The notes below the pieces were generated by a model. It did no database searches and had not been told where the DNA came from. It saw nothing but the letters and a program-made list of their open reading frames with translations. From Eledone cirrhosa (taxonomy: Eukaryota), in contig OZ024740.1 in assembly GCA_964016885.1 (NCBI GenBank), positions 201,004,001-201,068,000 of the forward strand: 64,000 nt of DNA. The letters are read 5' to 3'. Of the stretch, positions 53,719 to 64,000 are shown piece by piece (positions within the stretch are counted from its first letter, which is position 1; the number at the start of each line of letters is the position of its first letter). A program made the position numbers and the translations under genes.

Positions 53719-53773
53719 GAGGTATACAGTCCTGATGAAGGGTAATGACCCAGAAACATGTTGATTGTTCCTC
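53719..53773 (+). ncRNA. Minimal type-I hammerhead ribozyme (diverged 420-bp family member)
   Basis: cagtc-CTGATGA-agggt-aatg-accca-GAAA-catg-TT-gattg. Confidence 0.8.
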
Positions 53774-53951
53774 AATGCCAGTGTTGGACAAACGGATGAC
53801 GACACCGCACAGCTTTAATCGGGCCGTTTGTTTACAAACGAATCGAATATTTTTATTTATATTCGATATAACCTATACGTACATATATATATATATATGT
53901 GTATATTTGTGTGTATATATATATATATATGTGTGTGTGTGTATGTATATT

Positions 53952-53990
<39 letters not shown>

Positions 53991-54086
53991 CTTCGGCTCT
54001 GTTTAATTACATTGAGCTATACCTTTACTGTCATTTCTATAATATGAAGAGGGAGTTTAACTCCAACACACTCTAGTATTTTAATT

Positions 54087-54170
<84 letters not shown>

Positions 54171-54176
<6 letters not shown>

Positions 54177-54566
54177 TAAACGGAATAGAAAATGCTGACA
54201 AATTGTTCACAGTTGAAAAATGATTTAATTAGGAATAAAAGAGTATTAGTGATTGTATGGGTTAGTATTCAGTTGTGGTTTTAAGTTTTTAAGTGTTTAC
54301 CGGTTGCGCATTTCTAAATGCTTTTCAAAAATAATTTTGAGATAGAGTGTCCGTGCTGTTTGCTCAGATCAGAGCAAACAGCACGGACACTCTATCTCAA
54401 AATTATTTTTGAAAAGCATTTAGAAATGCGCAACCGGTAAACACTTAAACACTTAAAACCACAACTGAATACTAACCCATACAATCACTAATACTCTTTT
54501 ATTCCTAATTAAATCATTTTTCAACTGTGAACAATTTGTCAGCATTTTCTATTCCGTTTACCAATA
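54171..54566. repeat. Near-perfect ~395-bp palindrome with opposed HHR-like motifs (54292-54332 minus, 54405-54445 plus)
   Basis: Centre tgctc-agatca-gagca; TTGAAAA-gcattt/aaatgc-GCAA-ccgg-TA. Confidence 0.88.
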
Positions 54567-54599
54567 TATAATAACTTGTGTGTTACACCTCTATTCTTT

Positions 54600-54655
<56 letters not shown>

Positions 54656-54697
54656 CTGATGATTTCCTTTGAATAAAAACAGTTCTAGTACTGTAGA
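54656..54697 (+). ncRNA. Decayed hammerhead
   Basis: CTGATGA...AAAA-cag..ctg-TA; the partial copy at 22340-22375 retains GAAA. Confidence 0.5.
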
Positions 54698-54983
54698 AGG
54701 TATTTCTATATTAAACATTATATACTCTACTATGTACTGAGCACCTTACTTACTGTGGTTACACCCCACCCCCGATTGAACCCATGATGCACACACACGC
54801 ACACATATATATATAAAATAAAGCGGGTATATATATATAACGACGGAGTTGTGGTAAGGAACCAGATGGACCATAACGCACCAGAGTACTCAATACTTAT
54901 AGTAGTAGAGTGGGTAATAGGAAAAAGTATGACCCCGACGGCAGAGCTCAAGCCGTTTCGACGGCTATTTCTCGACTAAATTC

Positions 54984-56724
54984 TTTTCTGTGTGTAGATT
55001 CTATTTTTATTTCTGTTCTCTAATTTACCCTTATGTTCTATTTTAGCATGTTGGTAGAGTATAGATGATTCTTTACTATCTTGAAGGTCTCGCCCGTGTT
55101 CATTTATCCGTTCCCCTATACTACGAGCTGTCTCACCTATGTACACTATATTTTTCTCTCTACATTGTCGTTCAGTACATCTTATGCTATATACTACATT
55201 TCTAGCTTTACAGTTAATATGGGGGCTTAATTTACAGATTATACATTTCTTATCTATACAGGGAGGTCTTTGAAAAGGGTATGTCTTGCTAATAAGTGTT
55301 TTTAATGGAGGTACCTGGTCTTTCTACTATCTTAATATTGAGTTTATGTTTATCTAGGGCCCTTCTAAATTTGTAAGCTAATTCACCTCTAGGGGTTGTA
55401 TCGATGAACATTACACTCTGGTATTTATTGCTATCATACCATGAGTTTATTCTATTAGCCTTATTCCTAGTTCTTTCTATTCTATTCCAAAATTTGCTCC
55501 TATACAAGGGGCAGATACCATTTGTGTCATTATTTACCATTTTTTCCCATTTGGTTCTGGCTCCTCTATACACTCTGATTTTATCTCTCTGATTGTAACC
55601 AGAGAACTGCATACGGTGGATGAAATGTTGTATGTGTCTCTCTACTTCTTCGGGGTTGCACATGTGGGACACGTTTCTCATCACCCGTACCAAATCCGCA
55701 ATCAGTATGTTGATTTTGGTATGGTCCGAAACAGCTGAGTTTCGGTGGATCAGATATTTGGAAGTCATGGGTTTGGCATAATGGGAATGGAGGATTTGTT
55801 TTTTGTTATTAATGGTATCTAACCAGAGCTCTGTGTCTAGTACAGGTAATCGATGGTTGGGGTGTTTGCTTATTAAGATAGTAGAAAGACCAGGTACCTC
55901 CATAAAAACACTTATTAGCAAGACATACCCTTTTCAAAGACCTCCCTGTATAGATAAGAAATGTATAATCTGTAAATTAAGCCCCCATATTAACTGTAAA
56001 ACTAGAAATGTAGTATATAGCATAAGATGTACTGAACGACAATGTAGAGATAAAAATATAGTGTACATAGGTGAGACAGCTCGTAGTATAGGGGAACGGA
56101 TAAATGAACACTGGCGAGACCTTCAAGATAGTAAAGAATCATCTGTACTCTACCAACATGCTAAAATAGAACATAAGGGTAAATTAGAGAACATAGAAAT
56201 AAAAATAGAATCTACACACAGAAAAGACGCAATGTTTAGACAAATCACAGAGGCAATAAACATAAATGAATTACAACCAAAATTAAATAGAAAATATGAG
56301 TGGAACAGCAACATCACAACTTACAATTAAGGACAAAATGAAAACACACGCGCACATAGAACAAACAACCAACCAGTAACATGTAAATAAACAAATAAAT
56401 AAACGAATATAAACACACACAGACACTCGGATGTAACACATGCGCAAACTAAGCACACAACACGCACACAAAATCAAGATGGCGTAGGACAGAACAAAGG
56501 AGAGGCACAAAAAACATAGAAAAGAATCCCCAGTCACTGAAGAGGTCACAGAATGTGTGACGAAAGAACTTTGCAAATATATAAACAATCATCTGGTTGT
56601 GGAACCAACCAACCAACCAACCGGAAATTTATAAATTCCTAAATTTATAAATTTATTATAATAAATTGAAGTGAAACCACTGGTGCGTGTGTTTCTTATT
56701 GGCAACATGACCCTCCCAAAGTAT

Positions 56725-56730
<6 letters not shown>
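54984..56730. mobile_element. Neptune-type PLE with inverted duplication (arms ~54984-55335 and ~55868-56228)
   Basis: Minus-strand RT thumb LDTELW..HYAKPM; plus-strand CIICK..VVYSIRC..YIGET; pLTR HHR at 56533-56575. Confidence 0.9.
55868..56330 (+). pseudogene. Neptune-type GIY-YIG endonuclease
   Basis: RNVVYSIRC...YIGETARSIGERINEH...RQITEAINI. Confidence 0.88.
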
Positions 56731-56765
<35 letters not shown>

Positions 56766-57499
56766 AAGGCGTATATAAAATGCGTTTATGTACAATAATG
56801 ATAATTATAACAATGATAAAAATGTTATGATTCCTTCTATTGGAAGAAGGCCATATAATCTGTAGGAATGATTTAGTTGAATTTTCGATCACTCCTTTTA
56901 CATGTTTTGTGTTTATTTTATCGATATTGAAGAAATTTGAAATAAAAACACAAAAAATGTACCTTATTCAAGGTGGTGCACTACCACCTATATTTATTGC
57001 ACTATTGACCCTAACAACAGTAATTATAATAATTAAATATTTTTGGCACAAGCATATTCTACTTAGTTGATGCGAATGATTTATTGTAAAAAGCTAGGGG
57101 TAGAATAGAGCTGGAAGAATCAGTGAAGCCTCGGTACAAATGTTTTTAATAACATTTTTTCATGCTTCAGATGTCGATAAAATGAATGAAGATACATGGC
57201 CTAGTGATTAGGATGCCGGATTCCCGATCATAAGGTCATGAGTTCAATTATTGGCTTCGGCTTTGGAGTATGGCATTTTATATTTTTTAATTCAAATCCA
57301 GGTGACAGTGGGGTGACTAATATATATATATATATCTTTGGCCTCATTCAGTCACGAATGACCATGGTTTTGCACCTAGAAAGTTTCCCTCCGAGGTACA
57401 AGCCTGGGCAAGGTTTTTTTATGTGGGAGACCAGTAGTCGCCCATGCCTACCAGCCACCCCCTCTCTCTCTATATATATATACGTATATAAAATTGGTC

Positions 57500-57546
<47 letters not shown>

Positions 57547-60500
57547 GGTCGTTTTACATATATATATATATATATATATACCAGCTAGATACTATGTCGA
57601 TTTCATGACAAAATGTTAATGATCATGTCAAAACAAAAGAACATTACTATTCATACACTGCGTTATGGATTCAAATTCTGCCAAGGTCCTCTATGCATTT
57701 CATCCTTTCAGGTCAGCCCTCACTCCTTTCAGGTCAGCCCTCACTCCTTCCAGCTCTGACATCCTGGATGTTCTACGGGATCAAAGAATGGAGGAAGGTT
57801 CAAGAGAGGGTTTATCTATACTCGCGACAGCATGGACATCTAAAACCCTTGGTACATACTACCAAGTCATACTCGCTTGTGTGTAACAGATTTAGTAGTA
57901 ATAGTAGTATTAATACAAGGATGAAAATTATCCGAAACGTTAGCACGAGGAAGAAGTACCTAGTGGGATTTATCAACGTCCCTTACGAGATCCAAACCCT
58001 GCAACGGTTGACTTAGCCTTTCATTCTCCCTTTTAGGGTCAATAAAATTAAATACCGATTAAATATTATGATCACTTCAATTGAGAATGTTCCTATTACA
58101 ATAAGCAATGGCCGTCACTCGCAATCGGGAATGACTTGGTGGCATGCAACACACTTTCGTTAATAGTTTTAGGTGACCATATAGTCGCGAGTGGAGGTGC
58201 GTGACCTAGTGGTAAAGGTGTTGCACTGAAGATCATAATGTGTTGCGTTCTTGAGCAAAACACTTCATTTCACATTGCTCCAGTATACTCGACTGAAATT
58301 GAGTACCAGTAATAGCTGGAGTTTAATCCTGCGATGAACTGGCGTCCTGTCTAAGGGTGATGTTTTGTACTCTCAGTCGCTTCAGGCGCGAAAACCGGAA
58401 TACGCACAGGCTTGATGAGGCCCCGGGCTCGAGACAGACTTTAAACAACTTATAAATATAGTCGTGAGCAGACACAAACACACTCTTGATCTCCTCACCC
58501 TTAAGAACATGCAGATGGTGGCAACTAGTGACGGAGAATGCTGCACTATCACTAAACTGGGATTTTGATTTATCGACACTGAAACTATAAAGGCAAAGGA
58601 GACTTCGAGATTTGAACCCAAAGCACAGAGAACCGACACAAATGAAGGCATGTTTAACATAAAAGCAATATAACTACTGTTGCTATTTTAATAAACTATT
58701 ACAAAGGAAGTGTGTAGGTGCCTTACTTAGTGGTTAGGGTGTTTGACTCACTATCTGATCGTGTGAATTCGATTTCCGGCAAATATTTATTGTAGTTGTA
58801 ATTCAAAAGGCCAGTCTTGCCACAGTGTATGTCAGGATCTCTCTGAGAATTAGAATTACATTACAAGTCCACATGCATCTCTCGGATGCTTAGCCACACG
58901 CACTTTCATTTCACTAACAGGCTATTCTGTTGTTCGAATAACCGAAACAATCGTCGTCGGAACCGATGGAAGACCAACAACAGAGGAAATCTTACAGCTG
59001 ACTGAGTCACCATCATTACATTCCTGCTAGTTACTTCATCGACCCCCAAGGGAAACTAAAGTGGATCTCTCGAAATCTGATTTTAGAATGTAGTGGGGCG
59101 AAACTATATAATGTAAAATACAAACTTTACCCTCACCAATAGGAGTTTATTTTCAGTAAAATCTTTACCGCCACCAATAGAAGCTGATTGTCAGTACAAC
59201 ATTTACCGCAGCCAGAAGGAGTTGATGGATCTTCCATTAGTTTCGACGAGTAACACTCAATGTTTTGATGAATTAAACGTGCTGCTCTTCAAATTAACAT
59301 AGCTCTGAATAGCCAACAGGCATGTTTATGTCGATTCAGCGTGTTACAGTGTAACAAAGCTGGACCTTTAAATAATTGATACAATCCATCCGACCTGCTT
59401 AAACACCGTCTCCATCTACACAATTTCAAGGCTATCGTCAAAACACGTGATTGCAAAACCGGAAACACGTCATTGTGAAACAAACATCTATAGAACGATA
59501 CATTAACCAATTACTAAATGATCAAAAATTTTTCTTTCTTTTCGTTTCCTCTGTATAATAGTGAATGTATTGTTAAAGCGATGACATGAACGGTTGAGAG
59601 AGGGGGGGGGGGAGAAGATAATTTACTAATACTTTATTTATTGACCTCGAAAGGATAAATGGCAAAGTTGGCCTCAGCTTGACTTGAACTCGGGGCATAG
59701 AAAGCAGGAAAAAGCTTTGTATCCTACTCTCTAATAACTCTACTAATTCGCCTCCTATTATAAAACTAAAAGTAGATTTCATCTGAAATTAATTATTATA
59801 ATAATAGAGTTGAATTAAAATACACGGACTTGGCATAGATAGTTGTATTTAATTTCGATTTCTTTATTGCTTTGATCTGTTTCATAACATATTACTGGCG
59901 TCCAGTTAATTTTTGCTTGACAAAGTTTCAAAAATGCAGTATTGTCATCTCATGGTCTACGCTTATGATCTGATTGAATAATTAGATTGAAAATATTCTA
60001 TTCTATCGATGCATTAGTATTTTCCAAGTCATTATCGTCAGAATCTCCAATCCAATACTATCCTTCATACAACTTTACTAAGCAATAGGCTAACACAGGA
60101 GTTTTTAGAATATTTAATTGGTTGTCAAAAACTAACATTGAAATTCACTATCCTTTTAAAGAATTTTAAAGATGATTGGATAACTAAATCTGTGTCCCAA
60201 TAATTGTTTTAAAAAATCGATTGAAATATTTTGACAGTTTATTTTACTTAAACGAAAATAAAATGGAGTATTTTCTCGTATCTTCTGCGTTTTCAAATTT
60301 CCAAATCATTTTTATCTCGTAACTGATAGATCAAAGAGCATAAGTAATCTTCTATCATAGTGAATTTGTGTATTGCAATAATTATATTATCTTGTGAGTT
60401 AAGTCAAGCATGACTGAGAGGTTTTAAAGTTATCTTAGCAATCAGGATGTCTTGGATTGATTGCATAGCATCTTTAACAAGTATTTTTAATATGTACTCA

Positions 60501-61981
60501 AGTCGACTCAAGACTTGTAAGTGAATTTGGATAGAGGGAAACTCTTTTGAAGCCAGTCTTGAGATTGTTGTTAAGGATTACTCAACCTATTGCTAATTGA
60601 GTAAGTAAGTCGTTGCTGTTACCAATCAACTGAACACTCATCATGAAAACCAACGGCGGTCCATTTGTTTATCATATCAACAATAGAAATACACTCGAAA
60701 ATGTATATTAATTAATCGCCAATTGAAACTACATACGTAACTCGCAACCGGCTTTAGGTACCAATTAGGTACTCTCGAGCCTCTTTTCCTTGATGCTATT
60801 GAATATCCAGGATGGGATAGCTGGAAGGATTTGGGGCTGCAGTAACATAGGATTGGTAACCTTTTTATCAACTCCGAAAGGATGAAAAATACAGTAGATA
60901 TCAATAGCATTTGAACTCAAAGTGCAGAGAACAAATATCCAACGCTCTGACGAATTTACTAAATCGATCGCCTTCGTTAGCCATAACGTAAATTAGAAAT
61001 TCCATTTAGATCAGAGGTAAATTCCCCTCTTAGCTTAAGTGAATAATAACCAGCAATATATAAACATAATATGATAGAACTCGATACAGAAGAATATCAT
61101 GTGGTTATGTGGGAGATATGAAAATATAACCTGAAAAATTGTTTATCTGAAGGAATAAATCTGGTTTTAATTTTACAGTTCAAAACCTCGGTTGTTCTGG
61201 ACTTTTCAAATGACCATTAACTAAGCTTAATGGTGGAATTATTCTGCGTTGTACCGTTGGATAAGGTTATGATAAGAGAGAGAGAGAAATATATTTATAT
61301 TAAAGTTCTTTTTTATATCTGGAAAGATAAAAGCCACATAGTGACAGCTTAACAACTTTCAAGTCATGGAAATATATTGAAATTGTAATGTATCAGACAC
61401 ATCCATAATCTAATGAAAATACACTCCCTGTGTACACCAGTATCACTCCAAAGAATTGTAATAATACGGAATACAATGCCAATGTATAAATCAGTTTTTG
61501 ATAACCATCTCACTCTGTGCATATTCTAACGCAACAATCTACTTTGATGTTTCCAACATTGGAAAACTGTTTACTCGATCGATACAGACGAATCTTTTGA
61601 TGATCGAAACACCAAATATCAGTTGAGCATTTGCTTTAAAATCCCATAATTGTCGCAAGTGACCAGAGCAGTTTTATACGTCACCATTAAGTACAGTTAA
61701 TATTAATAATAATGAGGCATTTTCTCACCATTTTGTCAGGATTTAACACTGAATGACCCAAATATATGTGTTCTCTTTGTTGGGCTTAGAGATAATAAAT
61801 TACACGACATACATGGACTAATATGGAGCCGTAAAGTAGAAGCAGGTCACGCCCTCGGCTATTTTAACACGTGACATTTGCTTGTAGAATGTAACTATCA
61901 CTTATGAATCCTGTGTGCAAATCCCACCGAGGTCAATTTTAACTTTCATCCTTCCGGAGTCGATAAAATAAAGTACCAATC

Positions 61982-61987
<6 letters not shown>

Positions 61988-62047
<60 letters not shown>

Positions 62048-62152
62048 CGTGTGTGCGTGCGTGTGTGCGTGTGTGTGCGTGTGTGTGTGTGTGTGTGTGT
62101 GCGTGCGTGCGTGTGTGCGTGTGTGTGTGCGTGCGTGTGTGCGTGTGTGTGT

Positions 62153-62191
<39 letters not shown>
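61988..62191. repeat. (TG)n/(TGCG)n microsatellite
   Basis: Direct run. Confidence 0.95.
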
Positions 62192-62192
<1 letters not shown>

Positions 62193-62569
62193 CATCTCAC
62201 ACCTATGCAGGTTTAGCTGGCCTCCTACAAGGTTTATCTCGTTGGAGGTGTCTTGGGTGATTTAATGATAGGGACCCCAGTCCTATTATCTCATTTCTAC
62301 AGTTGAGTAAACTGGAGCAACGTGAAATAAAGTGTCTTGCTCAAAGAAACAACACATGACCCGGACCCGGTCCGAGAATTGAACTCACAACCTTTCGATT
62401 GCAAGCCCAATGCTCTAACCACTAAGCCATGCGCCTTTAAATACTGGGGTCGATATAATCGACTTTCGCCTCTCCAAAAATTACAGGGCTTATACCTAGA
62501 TGGGAAATGTGGTGGTATGGCCCCCGTAACTCCTGATGGCGTCATAGGGATACATACCGTAGTGACATT

Positions 62570-64000
62570 AGTATTACGTCTAAGAGGAAATTTAGACAGG
62601 ATGTCAATGTATTGGTCGAGATAGATATTTCTTCCTTTTGGCGGAGTGAAATTTGATTTATTCTTTACTAGTAATTCATCACTCTCACTACTTTTATCAG
62701 CGAAGAATTCTACAAGACGTAATTTTCGACAGAATTCTTGGGTATCCTCCTTCAGTTCTTGGTGGTTGACTGTCGTTAGCTTTGAAATTTCAACTTCAAT
62801 TTGGTCATCGATAGCTTCATATTTGGCTTTGTAGCGGGATTGTTTACATTGAGAAATGGAGATGTCGGTCCTGAATTTTGTCAATGTAAGTTCCCATCGG
62901 AGTTTTGTTTCTTCTTCTGGTTCTCCTGCAATTTCTGTAATTAGGTATTTACGAGGGAGTATGGGTGCCGTTAGAGAGAGCCATTTCGAATGTGTTTCGA
63001 CATATTTTTTCGCATTTGTATGCTTTCCAGAAGTTTTGTTTTCTTATGTTAAGAAATGTTTTCCATGTCTTCCACATTTCTTTTCTTATTCGATGTGTTT
63101 TGTTTTCCAAATTTCTTTCGTTTAGTTCTGACATCCAAGGGGGTTGTGGTAGGCTTTCTCTTATATCTTTGATAACTGTTGGTATAATTTCAGCTAAATT
63201 CTTAATTTCACAGTTTATATGTTCAGTTATAAGTTTTCCGTCTGTAGATTGTTTTTCTATTTCCTTTAAAATAGAGGATTGTGTGTCAATCATCGTGATA
63301 AGTGTTGATAATTTCGATGATATCTCCTTTAGAATTCTTTCTCATTCTGTTGATTTCATTTGTTGCTTTCCAGACATGTTGGCATATACACAATAGGAAT
63401 ATATATATATAGATAGATAAATATACACGGGTGTGTATGATTGTGTATAGAAGATTATATTAATTGAAAATTGGAAACTTGACTGCCACCACATATTATG
63501 AACCTGAAGATTGCGAAAGCATGAAAGTGTATATTTATCTATCTATCTATATATTCCTATTGTGTATATGCCAACATGTCTGGAAAGCAACAAATGAAAT
63601 CAACAGAATAAGAAAGAATTCTAAAGGAGATATCATCGAAATTATCAACACTTATCACGATGATTGACACACAATCCTCTATTTTAAAGGAAATAGAAAA
63701 ACAATCTACAGACGGAAAACTTATAACTGAACATATAAACTGTGAAATTAAGAATTTAGCTGAAATTATACCAACAGTTATCAAAGATATAAGAGAAAGC
63801 CTACCACAACCCCCTTGGATGTCAGAACTAAACGAAAGAAATTTGGAAAACAAAACACATCGAATAAGAAAAGAAATGTGGAAGACATGGAAAACATTTC
63901 TTAACATAAGAAAACAAAACTTCTGGAAAGCATACAAATGCGAAAAAATATGTCGAAACACATTCGAAATGGCTCTCTCTCTAACGGCACCCATACTCCC
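62570..64000. mobile_element. PLE 5' region as an inverted duplication (arms ~62954-63428 and 63527-64000); runs off the window
   Basis: FCRKLRLVEFF..KSNFTPPKGRN..LDQYI N-terminal PLE motif; HHR-like core at 63504-63526 in the spacer. Confidence 0.75.

Overview
Gene-free, AT-rich, microsatellite-laden animal DNA. The SINE families and repeat load point to an octopod cephalopod (inference, not verified). No host exon is evident. The window is mostly nested Penelope-like retroelements (PLEs) inserted in (TA)n. These include four Hydra-type copies with a C-terminal GIY-YIG domain (one nearly full length), several Neptune-type fragments, and many short non-coding tandem or fold-back families. It also holds a near-complete Tx1/L1-type LINE in (GATA)n, RTE/R4/Hero fragments and tRNA-derived SINEs. 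Reading by eye on both strands I found about 35 intact or decayed type-I hammerhead ribozyme (HHR) motifs, including recurrent U3-A8, U4A and long-helix-II variants. The most notable signal is a small bulged hairpin, 5'-RCUC-NN...N'N'-YY-GAGY-3'. It shows compensatory base-pair changes, resembles the HIV-2 TAR bulge, and lies about 30-90 nt downstream of the HHR on the same strand in many otherwise dissimilar families. I know of no description of it as a PLE cis-element. All structures were assigned by eye, so boundaries may be off by a few nt.
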